Assembly (NCBI RefSeq): GCF_039541115.1
Contig: NZ_BAABFP010000007.1
Span: 558,001 to 622,000, forward strand
Source: Angustibacter luteus
GTDB lineage: Bacteria; Actinomycetota; Actinomycetes; Actinomycetales; Angustibacteraceae
DNA: 64,000 bases
Direction of reading: 5' to 3'
This document shows, one piece after another, positions 12,827 to 24,486 of this stretch; position 1 is the stretch's first letter, and every line of letters begins with the position of its first letter. The translations under genes were made by a program, and so were the position numbers. The notes below the pieces were generated by a model. The model did no database searches, was not told the origin of the DNA, and worked only from the letters and a program-made list of their open reading frames with translations.

Positions 12827-13190
12827 TCTGCAGGACGACCCGGGCCGGGTTCTCGCGCGGCACCCGGTAGCGCTCGGCGTACCGCTGCTCGGCGTCCGTG
12901 ACGGCCTGCGGGTGCACCAGCACGGAGGCCTCGCCCTCGACGGTCAGCCAACGCCGGCCATCGACCTGGCAGATCGCGGCCCGGCCACCGCGCAGCGCGT
13001 TGTACGCCTTCTGGCTGTCCCCGCTAGTGATCACCCGGGCGACCTGCCCCTCGTCGTCCCAGGTGAACCCGACGGGCACGACGTGCGGGGTGCCGTCCGA
13101 GCGCAGCGTGGTGAGGGTGGCCAGGTGCCGTTCGCGCAGGAACTCCAGGACGGCGGGCGGCAGGGCGGTGGGGTCGAAGCGCACGAGCAC
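12783..13190 (-). CDS. PPOX-class (probably F420-dependent) oxidoreductase
   Basis: LATLTTLRSDGTPHVVPVGF..QKAYN split-barrel pattern. Confidence 0.82.
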   Translation of the reverse strand: MLVRFDPTALPPAVLEFLRERHLATLTTLRSDGTPHVVPVGFTWDDEGQVARVITSGDSQKAYNALRGGRAAICQVDGRRWLTVEGEASVLVHPQAVTDAEQRYAERYRVPRENPARVVLQISVDRVLGLVSPSS

Positions 13191-13225
13191 AGCCTGTCAC
13201 CTCGCCGGGCGTGCCGACGGCACGT

Positions 13226-14434
13226 TCACCCCGCGGACGCGACGAACTCGGCCAGCGCGGCCAGCACGCGGTCGACGTCCTCCTCGGTGGAGTAGGGCGC
13301 CAGCCCCAGCCGCAGGCCGCCGGTGTCACCCAGCCCCAGCCAGCGCGAGGCCTCGATGGCGTAGAACGAGCTGGCGGGGGCGTTGACGCCTCGCCCGGCC
13401 AGGAAGGCGTAGGCCTCGGACGCGTCCCGTCCCTCGAAGGTGAGCAGCAGAGTCGGCGTGCGGTGGCCGGCGCGGGACCAGCGGGTGACGGACGGCAGCG
13501 CGGCCAGTCCACGCTCGAGGCGCTCGCGCAGTGCGTCCTCGTGCCGCTCCACGTCGGCCATCGCGGCCAGCAGGCGTTCGCGGCGGGTGCCGCCGGTCGG
13601 GGCGAGGCCGGCCAGCACATCGACGGCGGCCGTCGTTCCCGCGAGCAGCTCGTACGGCAAGGTGCCCAGCTCGAAGCGCTCGGGCACGGCGTCCGACGAG
13701 GGGAGCAGCTTGGCCGGGCGCAGCCGGGCCAGGAGCGCCGGGTCGGCGGCCAGCACGCCGCAGTGCGGTCCGAGGAACTTGTACGGCGAGCAGGCGAACA
13801 CGTCGGCACCGAGCTCGGCGACGTCCACCGGCGCGTGCGCGGTGAGGTGCACGCCGTCCACGAAGACGAGGGCGCCGAGGTCGTGCGCGCGCTGGGCGAT
13901 CTCGGCGACCGGCGGCCGGGTGCCGATCAGGTTCGAGGCGCCGGTGACCGCGACGAGGCGGGTGCGGTGGCTGGTGGCCTCGCTGACGTCGTCCGCGGTG
14001 AGCTCGCCGGTGGCGGGGTCGAAGTGCGCCCAGCAGACGGTGGCGCCGGCGGCCTCGGCGGCCTGCACCCACGGGCGGATGTTGGCGTCGTGGTCGAGCC
14101 GGGTGACGACGACCTCGTCGCCTGGGCCCCAGTCGGCCGCGAGGGTGCGGGCCAGGTCGTAGGTCAGCTGGGTCATGCTGCGGCCGAAGACCACGCCGCC
14201 GGCGTCGGCGCCGAGCAGGTCGGCCATCGCCGACCGGGCCCCGATCACGATCTCGTCGGCCGCCCGTTCGGCGGCGGTGACGGTGCCGCGGTTGGCGATG
14301 GGTGACGTCAACGCCCGCGCGACGGCGTCCGCCACCGCCTGCGGGGTCTGCGACCCGCCGGGGCCGTCGAAGTGCGCGGTGCCGCCGGACAGGGAGGGGA
14401 ACTGCGCGCGCAGCGCGCTCACGTCGTACGCCAT
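13226..14434 (-). CDS. Cysteine desulfurase-like class V aminotransferase
   Basis: HFDGPGGSQTP, LDHDAN, ACSPYKFLGPH, FELGTLP. Confidence 0.88.
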   Translation of the reverse strand: MAYDVSALRAQFPSLSGGTAHFDGPGGSQTPQAVADAVARALTSPIANRGTVTAAERAADEIVIGARSAMADLLGADAGGVVFGRSMTQLTYDLARTLAADWGPGDEVVVTRLDHDANIRPWVQAAEAAGATVCWAHFDPATGELTADDVSEATSHRTRLVAVTGASNLIGTRPPVAEIAQRAHDLGALVFVDGVHLTAHAPVDVAELGADVFACSPYKFLGPHCGVLAADPALLARLRPAKLLPSSDAVPERFELGTLPYELLAGTTAAVDVLAGLAPTGGTRRERLLAAMADVERHEDALRERLERGLAALPSVTRWSRAGHRTPTLLLTFEGRDASEAYAFLAGRGVNAPASSFYAIEASRWLGLGDTGGLRLGLAPYSTEEDVDRVLAALAEFVASAG

Positions 14435-14459
14435 GGCCTGATCCTGGCAGGATGCGGCC

Positions 14460-16370
<1,911 letters not shown>

Positions 16371-16382
16371 GCGCTCCTGAGA

Positions 16383-16910
16383 TCAGGCGGGCGTGATCCC
16401 GCGCTTGGCCAGCACCTCGGAGCGTTTCCAGGCGTAGCCGACGATCCAGTGCGGTCGGAACCGGTAGAACCGGATGTCGTCACCCCAGGTCAGCGGCGAG
16501 CTGCCGTAGTGCGCCGTCCAGTGCTCCAGGGTCTGCGCCCAGTCGGTGTCGGCCTCGCTCATCCGCTCGGCCTGTCCGTGCCCGAAGACCGCGATCTCCT
16601 CGTTGTCGATGTGCGCGACGCTGACCGCGGGCCGGTGCTCCAGGTGCTTGGCCTTCGCGGCGGCACCGCTGGTGCTGAACGTCCACGTGGCGTGCAGGAA
16701 GTGCCCGTCGACCGCACTGATCCGTGGCTCGCCGCGCGCGGTGACCGTGGCCAGGCTCAGCACCTTCATGCCGGTGAGCAGCGCGGCCAGGTCCGTGGCG
16801 GACAGCGTCCGCTCGTCGTTGATGATGTCCCGCAGGTGCTTCGTCGCCGTCCCGTGCGAGGCGTCCAGGAGCGTCTGCAGGGCGGCCAGCTCGTCGTCCG
16901 TCTCGTACAT
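16383..16910 (-). CDS. Pyridoxamine 5'-phosphate oxidase-like protein
   Basis: MYETDDEL...SLATVTARGEPRISAVDG; start reassigned to ATG 16910. Confidence 0.75.
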   Translation of the reverse strand: MYETDDELAALQTLLDASHGTATKHLRDIINDERTLSATDLAALLTGMKVLSLATVTARGEPRISAVDGHFLHATWTFSTSGAAAKAKHLEHRPAVSVAHIDNEEIAVFGHGQAERMSEADTDWAQTLEHWTAHYGSSPLTWGDDIRFYRFRPHWIVGYAWKRSEVLAKRGITPA

Positions 16911-17015
16911 GTCGACCACCGTACGACCGGTCACCGACAGCCGGCTTGACCGCGCTTGCTGAGCCAATTGGTCCAACCTCTTGATGAGCCGACCTGTGTG
17001 CTGCATCATCGAGGG

Positions 17016-17759
17016 ATGGCCACAGCGCAGTTCACTCCGGTCGCCCGGCAGTCCGTGAGCGACACCGTCTTCGCCCAGCTGCGGGACGCGGTCCTCGGTG
17101 GTGGCTACGCGCCCGGCGACCAGCTGCCGCCCGAGCGCGAGCTCGCGGTGTCGTTCGCAGTGAACCGGCACGCGGTCCGTGAGGCGGTGAAACGGTTGCA
17201 GGAGGCCGGTTTCGTGCAGGTCGTGCACGGCGGCGGCACCCGGGTGCTCGACGTCCGCCGCACGGCCGGCCTCGACCTGCTCGGGCACCTCGCGCGATCG
17301 GGGGACGAAGGGCTCGAGCGGTTGGTGCGGGACGGTCTCGAGATGCGCCGCTGCATCGGCGTCGACGCCGCGCGTCGGGCCGCCGAACGGGCGGACGCCG
17401 GCACCCGGCGGGCGATCCAGACCGCAGCCACCCGTTACGCGGACCCCGCCGACGCGACCGCCGACCGCGACTTCTGGGCTCTGGTGGTGGACGCCAGCGA
17501 CAACCTCGCGTTCCGGTTGGCGCTGAACAGCCTCGTCGAGTCCATCGACGCCCAGCCGGACCTGATGGATGCCCTGCTCGCCGACGACCGCGGCGACGTC
17601 CAGCCGCACGCCGACCTCGCCGAGGCCATCGCCGCGGGCGACGCCGATCGCGCGGCGGCCTGCGCGGACGCCCTGCTCAGCCAGGCCCTGACCATCCACC
17701 AAGAGATCCAGCAGAGGCCGGCGAGCCGCCGGCGCCGACGTCCGGGAAGGAGCGCCTGA
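17016..17759 (+). CDS. GntR/FadR-family transcriptional regulator
   Basis: LPPERELAVSFAVNRHAVREAV wHTH plus FCD-like C-terminus. Confidence 0.9.
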   Translation: MATAQFTPVARQSVSDTVFAQLRDAVLGGGYAPGDQLPPERELAVSFAVNRHAVREAVKRLQEAGFVQVVHGGGTRVLDVRRTAGLDLLGHLARSGDEGLERLVRDGLEMRRCIGVDAARRAAERADAGTRRAIQTAATRYADPADATADRDFWALVVDASDNLAFRLALNSLVESIDAQPDLMDALLADDRGDVQPHADLAEAIAAGDADRAAACADALLSQALTIHQEIQQRPASRRRRRPGRSA

Positions 17760-18589
17760 TGATCGACATCATCGCCATGGCGATCCCGTTCTTCGTCCTG
17801 TTCATCCTGATCGAGCTGGTGTCCCTGTGGTTCGCGCCGGACGACGACGAGATCGGGTACGAGGTCCGGGACACCGCCACGAGCCTGTCCATGGGGATCG
17901 GCAACGTCGTGGTCGGCATCGGCTACAAGACGGTGGCGCTGATCATCTACGCCGGCGTCTACGAGCTGACCCCGCTGCGCGTCGACATGTCGAACTGGTG
18001 GGCGTGGGTGCTGCTGTTCTTCGCCGACGACATCGCCTACTACTGGTTCCACCGCGCCCACCACGAGGTCCGGCTGTTGTGGGCCAGCCACGTCGTGCAC
18101 CACTCGAGCCAGTTCTACAACTTCTCGACGGCCCTGCGGCAGACGTGGACGCCGTTCAGCGGGCTGCCGTTCTGGCTGCCCCTGGCGCTGCTCGGCGTGC
18201 CGCCGTGGGCGATCTTCCTGCAGCAGTCCATCAGCCTGCTCTACCAGTTCTTCCTGCACACCGAGCGGGTCGACCACCTCCCGCGGCCGGTCGAGTGGGT
18301 GATGAACACGCCGTCCCACCACCGCGTGCACCACGGCATGAACGGCGTCTACCTGGACCGCAACTACGGCGGCATCCTGATCGTCTGGGACCGGCTGTTC
18401 CGCAGCTTCGAGCCGGAGGGTGAGCGGGTGATCTACGGGCTGACCCACCAGCTGCGCACGTACAACCCCCTGGTGGTGGCCACCCACGAGTACGTCGCGA
18501 TCTGGCGGGACCTCAAGGCCGACGTCCGCTGGCGGGACCGGTTCGGTCACCTCCTGCGCGGCCCCGGCTGGACACCCAACCCCAGCTGA
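17759..18589 (+). CDS. Sterol desaturase/fatty-acid hydroxylase family (AGMO-like)
   Basis: His boxes HRAHHE, HVVHHS, FLHT, HHRVHH; DRNYGGILIVWDRLF. Confidence 0.88.
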   Translation: MIDIIAMAIPFFVLFILIELVSLWFAPDDDEIGYEVRDTATSLSMGIGNVVVGIGYKTVALIIYAGVYELTPLRVDMSNWWAWVLLFFADDIAYYWFHRAHHEVRLLWASHVVHHSSQFYNFSTALRQTWTPFSGLPFWLPLALLGVPPWAIFLQQSISLLYQFFLHTERVDHLPRPVEWVMNTPSHHRVHHGMNGVYLDRNYGGILIVWDRLFRSFEPEGERVIYGLTHQLRTYNPLVVATHEYVAIWRDLKADVRWRDRFGHLLRGPGWTPNPS

Positions 18590-18602
18590 CCGCCCCGCCT
18601 GA

Positions 18603-18667
18603 CCGCACATAGCCCGCTATCCGGGCTCATTCGGCGCGGATGACCCCGGATAGCGGGATATGTGCGG
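18603..18667. repeat. Long inverted repeat (REP-like or terminator)
   Basis: ccgcacatagcccgctatccggg ... cccggatagcgggatatgtgcgg, 22/23 paired. Confidence 0.85.
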
Positions 18668-18710
18668 GGTCGGCGGCGGCGCTGTGAGCACGGCCACCGT
18701 CACGAAAGGT

Positions 18711-18737
18711 TCAGAACCGGGCTCGACGGGTCGATTT
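18711..18737 (+). promoter_or_regulatory. Candidate sigma28/WhiG-type promoter, leaderless
   Basis: TCAG-N15-GTCGATTT, then 7 nt to GTG 18745; no RBS. Confidence 0.5.
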
Positions 18738-18744
18738 AGTTGTC

Positions 18745-20382
18745 GTGACAGCCAACTCGACCGAGCGCCCGCACCAGGGCACCGACCGCGCCGCGATCAT
18801 CGCCGCGGCCGTGCTCGCGCGCTCGGACCACGAGTGGACCGTCGAGGACGTCGCCCGGGCGCTGGACGAGCTGGAGATGGTGCCCTGGGAGCGCGGCGCG
18901 ATCGCCTACGACCCCGCCGTCACGCTCGAGCGGGTCGCCGACTGGCTCGGCGTCGAGGACCAGCGCATGCGCGCCCTGCTGGTCCAGGCCGACGTGCAGG
19001 CCCGGGACGGCCAGACCGTGGCCGCCGCCCGGATCGCCCGCCAGGTCAACCGGTGGGCCTTCGAGCGCTCGCCGCACCAGAACCACGTGCTCGCGCGCAG
19101 CCACCGGCTGCTCGCCTCGTTCTTCGACCACCTGGGCGACTTCTCGACCTTCCTCGACCACGCCATGCGGGCCGTCGAGCTGATGGACGACGCCACCCCG
19201 GAGCGCATCCGGATCGACCACATGATGACCCTGGCCATCGCCCAGGGCCGGATCCCGAGCCTGGCTGAGCAGGCCCGTGAGCGCTTCAACGCGATCGAGC
19301 AGCTCTCCACCCGGATGGAGCGCCCGGACCTGATCCTGCTCACCGTGAACAACCGCGCGTACGCGGAGTACCAGGGCGGCGAGCTCGACCTGGCGCTGGT
19401 CTCCGCGGACCGGCTCACCCGCCTGCTCGCCGAGAGCGGCGAGGAGCCGTACCTGCCCTACCTGGACACCATCGCCAGCATCCAGGTCGCGGTCGGGCAG
19501 ATCGTCGAGGCCATCGAGACCCTGCGCCCGGTGCGCGACGAGCTCATCCAGCTCGACACCCCGGAGCCGGACGCGCGCGCCGAGTGCCTGCTGACCCTCG
19601 CCGAGGCCCAGCGACGCAACGGCGACCTCGTGGCCGCCGAGTCGACGCTCGCGCAGGTGCGGGACGTCGCCCGGGCTCGGGGGCTGGACGGGATCCTGGT
19701 GCGTGCCCGCGGTGAGCAGGCGGAGCTGTCCGCGGCGAACGGCCAGTACAAGGCGGCGTTCGAGCAGCTCAAGCAGTACATGGAGGAGGTGCGGGCGCAG
19801 AGCTCGGCCGAGGTCGACTCCCGGGCCGGGGTGCTGCAGGCCGTGTTCGAGACCGAGCAGGCCCAGCAGGAGACCCAGCGCTTCCGGGACCTGTCCCTGC
19901 GCGATCCGCTGACGGGGCTGTTCAACCGCCGGCACGTCGACGACCACCTGCCCGTGCTGCTCCAGCTGCACGCCGACTCAGGCCAGCCGGTCAGCGTCGT
20001 GTTCGTCGACCTCGACCACTTCAAGCGGGTCAACGACGAGTGCTCGCACGCGGTCGGCGACGAGGTCCTCAAGCGCGTCGCGCAGATCCTCACCGAAGCG
20101 TTGGGGGACAACGGCTTCGTGGCCAGAATGGGCGGCGAGGAGTTCCTCATGGTCATCCCCGGGACGTCGACCAGCGGTGCGCTCGTGTACTGCGAGCTCG
20201 TGCAGGACGCCCTGCGGGCCGAGGACTGGACGCCGCTGACCGGCGCCGTCCGAGTCCGCGCGAGCATGGGCCTGGCCTCGACCAGCGAGCACGTCGGCGC
20301 GAGCCAGGCCGAGCTGCTCGGCCAGGCCGACCAGCGGGTCTACAGGGCCAAGTCAGCCGGCCGGGACCGCATCGTCTGGTGA
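18745..20382 (+). CDS. Diguanylate cyclase with N-terminal TPR-like helical repeats
   Basis: DPLTGLFNRR, DLDHFKRVND, RMGGEEF; no RxxD I-site. Confidence 0.9.
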   Translation: MTANSTERPHQGTDRAAIIAAAVLARSDHEWTVEDVARALDELEMVPWERGAIAYDPAVTLERVADWLGVEDQRMRALLVQADVQARDGQTVAAARIARQVNRWAFERSPHQNHVLARSHRLLASFFDHLGDFSTFLDHAMRAVELMDDATPERIRIDHMMTLAIAQGRIPSLAEQARERFNAIEQLSTRMERPDLILLTVNNRAYAEYQGGELDLALVSADRLTRLLAESGEEPYLPYLDTIASIQVAVGQIVEAIETLRPVRDELIQLDTPEPDARAECLLTLAEAQRRNGDLVAAESTLAQVRDVARARGLDGILVRARGEQAELSAANGQYKAAFEQLKQYMEEVRAQSSAEVDSRAGVLQAVFETEQAQQETQRFRDLSLRDPLTGLFNRRHVDDHLPVLLQLHADSGQPVSVVFVDLDHFKRVNDECSHAVGDEVLKRVAQILTEALGDNGFVARMGGEEFLMVIPGTSTSGALVYCELVQDALRAEDWTPLTGAVRVRASMGLASTSEHVGASQAELLGQADQRVYRAKSAGRDRIVW

Positions 20383-20384
20383 CG

Positions 20385-21764
20385 TCAGTGGCCGGTCAGC
20401 GCGTCCAGCACCCGGCCCAACCGGGCCGGGCGACCGGTCCGGGCCTCCTCGGCGTCCGCCATCTGCGCGAGCCGCAGCCCGGCGTTCACGCCCAGCCAGC
20501 GCAACGGTTCCGGCTCCCAGCGGCGTGAGCGATGGCCCACCCAGGGCAGCCGGGTCAGCTCGCTCTCGGTGCCGGTGACCAGGTCGGCCAGGGTGCGCCC
20601 GGCCAGGTTCGTGGTCGAGACCCCGTCACCGACGTAGCCGCCCGCGGCTCCCAGGCCGGACGCCGGGTCGTACCCGACGCTGGCGTGCCAGTCCCGGGCG
20701 ATGCCCAGGGGGCCGCCCCAGCGGTGGGTGATCTCGGCGCCCTCGACCGCTGGGAAGAGGTCGACCAGCGCGGACTGGAGCGCGGCGAAGACCGCGGGCT
20801 CCTGGTCGAAGTGCGGGCGGATCGACGATCCGTAGTGGTACGGCGCCCCGCGGCCACCGAAGACCAGCCGGTCGTCCGCGGTGCGCTGGCCGTAGACGAT
20901 GACGTGCCGGTGCTCGCTGAACGTCTCACCGCGGGCCAGCCCGGCGGTGTCCCAGAAGTCTGGGGGCAGCGGCTCGGTGGCGATGATCAGTGAGTACACC
21001 GGGACGACCTCGCGGCGGTGCCCGTGCAGTGCCGGCGTCCAGGCCTCGGTGGCCCGCAGCACGTGCCGGGCGCGGACCCGGCCGCTCTCGGTGGTCACCT
21101 CGCCGGTGGAGACCGACGTGGCGCGGGTGCCCTCGGCGATCCGCACCCCGGACCGCTCGACGACGTCCGCCAGGCCGCGGGCCAGCTTGGCGGGCTGGAT
21201 CCGGGCGCAGTGCGGCGTGTACGTCGCACCCAGCGCGCCGTCCACGCCGATGTGCTCGCGGGTCTGCCCGGCATCCAACAGCTCGAGGCCGTCGATGCCG
21301 TCCCAGGCCCGGTCGTGCTCGACCTCGGCTCGGGCCCGGGCGAGCTGGGCGGGGTTGCGAGCGACCACGACGGTGCCGCCGAGCCGGAAGTCGCAGTCGA
21401 TCTGCTCGGCGGCGACGACGTCGCCGACCTCGCGCACGGTGTCCACCATGGCCTGGCGCATGGCCAGGGCCGCCGGGCGCCCGTGCCGGCGGGCCATGGC
21501 CTCGACGCCCTGCGGCAGCAACGCCGAGCACCAGCCGCCGTTGCGGCCGCTCGCGCCGAAGCCGGCGCTGTTCGCCTCGACGACCAGCACGTCCAGCGAC
21601 GGGTCGCGGCGGGTCAGGTAGTACGCCGTCCACAGCCCGGTGTAGCCGGCGCCGACGATGCACACGTCCGCGGTGGTGTCGCCGTCCAGCGGTGCGCGGC
21701 TGCCCGTGGCGGCGGGGCCGCCGTCCAGCTGGGACTGCCAGAGCACGTACTGCGGGGCGTCCAC
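20385..21764 (-). CDS. FAD-dependent amine oxidoreductase (PuuB/DadA-like)
   Basis: IVGAGYTGLWTA, GASGRNGG. Confidence 0.88.
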   Translation of the reverse strand: MDAPQYVLWQSQLDGGPAATGSRAPLDGDTTADVCIVGAGYTGLWTAYYLTRRDPSLDVLVVEANSAGFGASGRNGGWCSALLPQGVEAMARRHGRPAALAMRQAMVDTVREVGDVVAAEQIDCDFRLGGTVVVARNPAQLARARAEVEHDRAWDGIDGLELLDAGQTREHIGVDGALGATYTPHCARIQPAKLARGLADVVERSGVRIAEGTRATSVSTGEVTTESGRVRARHVLRATEAWTPALHGHRREVVPVYSLIIATEPLPPDFWDTAGLARGETFSEHRHVIVYGQRTADDRLVFGGRGAPYHYGSSIRPHFDQEPAVFAALQSALVDLFPAVEGAEITHRWGGPLGIARDWHASVGYDPASGLGAAGGYVGDGVSTTNLAGRTLADLVTGTESELTRLPWVGHRSRRWEPEPLRWLGVNAGLRLAQMADAEEARTGRPARLGRVLDALTGH

Positions 21765-21765
21765 G

Positions 21766-22425
21766 TCAGCTCCTCCCGTCGGGCCAGGACCGCACGTAGG
21801 CCGGGACCGGGCGCGGCGCGCGCAGGTCCGGCGCGTCGACCGGGTGGCCGAAGTGGTGCAGCAGGGGGACGACGCCGGCCCAGACCGGACGGTCCAGGTC
21901 CTCGTCAGCGTCGTCCGGGGGCGAGTCCGAGACCTTCAACGACCACTCCTGCAACGGGATCGCGAGCACGCACGTGGCGGCGAGCTCCTTGGCTGAGGGC
22001 GGCCGGGCGTCGGCGCCCCGGCCGGGCATCAGGTGCTCGGTCAAGGTCGCCAGCGCGGCGGACTTCTCGTCTCCCGTGAGCTCGGTGCACCGGCCGAGCA
22101 CCATGGCGCTGCGGTAGTGCATGGACGACTCGAACTGGCTGCGTGCGACCACCAGCCCGTCGAGCGCGGTGACGCTCACGCAGGTCGGCGCTCCGGCCGC
22201 CAGCCCACGGAACAACCGCGAGGCGTTGCTGCCGTGCAGGATCAGCCGGTCGCCGTCCCGGGCGAAGCCGACCGGCAGCACGAACGGCTGCCCGTCGTCC
22301 GCCACGACCGCGACGTGCGCGACCAGGGCGTGGTCGAGCAACCGGTCCAGGCCTGCGCGGTCGTGCGACTGCTTGTCCGGCAGCCGGCGCACCTGGGTGC
22401 GGGGCGCCGGCTGCCGGGGGCTCAC
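21766..22425 (-). CDS. Flavin-binding split-barrel protein (NimA/PNPOx-like)
   Basis: HGSNASRL, DGLVVARSQFESSMHYRSAM. Confidence 0.82.
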   Translation of the reverse strand: MSPRQPAPRTQVRRLPDKQSHDRAGLDRLLDHALVAHVAVVADDGQPFVLPVGFARDGDRLILHGSNASRLFRGLAAGAPTCVSVTALDGLVVARSQFESSMHYRSAMVLGRCTELTGDEKSAALATLTEHLMPGRGADARPPSAKELAATCVLAIPLQEWSLKVSDSPPDDADEDLDRPVWAGVVPLLHHFGHPVDAPDLRAPRPVPAYVRSWPDGRS

Positions 22426-22435
22426 AGCAGAGCGC

Positions 22436-23857
22436 TCACAGCCGCGACCAGGCCTCGGTCAGCACGCCACGCAGCCGCTGCTCGATGTCGTCGAACTCGG
22501 TCTGGCCGATGATCAGCGGCGGCGCGAGCTGGATGACCGGGTCGCCGCGGTCGTCGGCCCGGCAGTACAGGCCGGCGTCGTAGAGCGCCTTGGACAGGAA
22601 ACCGCGCAGCAGGCGCTCGGCCTCGTCGTCGTTGAACGTCTCGCGGGTGCTCTTGTCCTTCACGAGCTCGATGCCGTAGAAGAAGCCCTCGCCGCGCACG
22701 TCGCCGACGATCGGCAGGTCGTTCAGCTTCTCCAGCGCCGCGCGGAAGTGCGGGGCGTTCTCGTGCACGTGCTGCACCAGGCCCTCGCGCTCGAAGATGT
22801 CCAGGTTGGCCATCGCGACCGCGGCCGACACCGGGTGACCGCCGAAGGTGTAGCCGTGCAGGAACGACGTGTGGCCGGACTTGAACGGCTCGAACAGACG
22901 CTCGGAGGCGATCATCGCGCCGATGGGGGAGTAGCCCGAGGTCATGCCCTTCGCGCAGGTGATGATGTCCGGCACGTAGCCGAAGTCGTTGCAGGCGAAG
23001 ATCTCCCCGATCCGGCCGAACGCGCAGATCGTCTCGTCGCTGACCAGCAGGACGTCGTACTCGTCGCAGATCTCCCGGACCCGCTCGAAGTACCCGGGCG
23101 GCGGCGGGAAGCAGCCGCCCGAGTTCTGCACCGGCTCGAGGAAGACGGCCGCGACCGAGTCGGGGCCCTCGAACTCGATGGCCTCGGCGATCCGCTCCGC
23201 GGCCCAGCGGCCGAACGCCTTGGCGTCCTCGCGCAGGTGCTCGGGCGCCCGGTACAGGTTGGTGTTCGGCACCTTGTGCGCGCCCGGTACCAGCGGCTCG
23301 AACGGCACCTTGGCGTCCGGGATGCCGGTGATGGACAGCGCGCCCTGCGGCGTGCCGTGGTACGCGACGTTGCGGCTGATCACCTTGTGCTTGGTGGGCT
23401 TGCCGATCAGCTTGTAGTACTGCTTCGCCAGCTTCCACGCGGTCTCCACCGCCTCACCACCGCCGGTGGTGAAGAAGACGCGGTTGAGGTCGCCGGGGGC
23501 CTCGTGCGCGAGCCGCTCGGCCAGGTCGATGGCCGCCGGGTGGGCGTAGGACCACAGCGGGAAGAACGCCAGCTGCTCCGCCTGCTTGCGGGCAGCCTCG
23601 GCGAGCTCGGTGCGGCCGTGGCCGGCCTGCACGGTGAACAGCCCGGCCAGCCCGTCGAGGTAGCGCCGTCCCTGGTCGTCCCAGATGTAGGCGCCCTCAC
23701 CGCGCACGATGATCGGCACCTGACCGCCGTTCTCGTACGTGGAGTGCCGGGTGAAGTGCATCCACAGGTGGTCACGGGCCGCGTCGCTGCGGTTGGTGCC
23801 GCGCGGCGTGGTGGTGGCGCTAGCAGGAGCGTTGACGCCCTGCGATGTGCTCGTCAT
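22436..23857 (-). CDS. Class III aminotransferase (putrescine/omega-amine:pyruvate type)
   Basis: YLDGLAGL, AYHGT, SDETICAFGR, AKGMTSGYSP, HGYTFGGHP. Confidence 0.9.
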   Translation of the reverse strand: MTSTSQGVNAPASATTTPRGTNRSDAARDHLWMHFTRHSTYENGGQVPIIVRGEGAYIWDDQGRRYLDGLAGLFTVQAGHGRTELAEAARKQAEQLAFFPLWSYAHPAAIDLAERLAHEAPGDLNRVFFTTGGGEAVETAWKLAKQYYKLIGKPTKHKVISRNVAYHGTPQGALSITGIPDAKVPFEPLVPGAHKVPNTNLYRAPEHLREDAKAFGRWAAERIAEAIEFEGPDSVAAVFLEPVQNSGGCFPPPPGYFERVREICDEYDVLLVSDETICAFGRIGEIFACNDFGYVPDIITCAKGMTSGYSPIGAMIASERLFEPFKSGHTSFLHGYTFGGHPVSAAVAMANLDIFEREGLVQHVHENAPHFRAALEKLNDLPIVGDVRGEGFFYGIELVKDKSTRETFNDDEAERLLRGFLSKALYDAGLYCRADDRGDPVIQLAPPLIIGQTEFDDIEQRLRGVLTEAWSRL

Positions 23858-24324
23858 CGGGTTCCCCAGTTGTAGAGCTGCTTGCGCAGCTTCAGGTACA
23901 CGAACGTCTCGGTGCTCCGGACGCCCGGGACGGTGCGGATCCTCGTGCTGATCAGGTCGAGGAGCGCGTCGTCGTCCTCGCAGACCGCCTCGACCAGGAG
24001 GTCGAAGCTGCCGGCGGTGACCACGACGTAGTCGACCTCCGGCATCTCGGCGAGCCGGTCCGCCACGGCGGACAGGTCGCCCTCGGCGCGGACGCCGATC
24101 ATGGCCTGGCGGCTGAAACCGACCTGCAAGGGGTCGGTGACCGCCACGATCTGCATGACCCCGGCGTCCAGCAGCCGTTGCACGCGCTGCCGGACGGCCG
24201 CCTCGGACAGGCCGACCGCCTTGCCGATCGCGGCGTAGGGCCGTCGACCGTCCTCCTGGAGCTGTTCGATGATCCGCTTGGACACGTCGTCCAGAAGATG
24301 GCCGTTGCCGGTTCGCGAGGTCAC
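23854..24324 (-). CDS. Lrp/AsnC-family regulator
   Basis: LDDVSKRIIEQLQEDGRRPYAAIGKAVGLSEAAVRQRVQRL. Confidence 0.93.
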   Translation of the reverse strand: MTSRTGNGHLLDDVSKRIIEQLQEDGRRPYAAIGKAVGLSEAAVRQRVQRLLDAGVMQIVAVTDPLQVGFSRQAMIGVRAEGDLSAVADRLAEMPEVDYVVVTAGSFDLLVEAVCEDDDALLDLISTRIRTVPGVRSTETFVYLKLRKQLYNWGTR

Positions 24325-24361
24325 GGCCCGATCCTCGCGCACAGATCGGGCCCTGGCAAGT

Positions 24362-24397
24362 GAATCCGTCGCGGATTTGTCATTTGACGACTAATTC
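24362..24397. promoter_or_regulatory. Candidate operator, inverted 10-mers with 16-bp spacer
   Basis: GAATCCGTCG-N16-CGACTAATTC; same geometry at 31920-31955. Confidence 0.55.
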
Positions 24398-24486
24398 CCA
24401 CTAGTGGTGGGTCCTGTACTGTCGATACCGGTTGCGGCGCGCTAGTGTCGCCATCGTCGACCATCCACGCCACGACAGGAGCTGCT

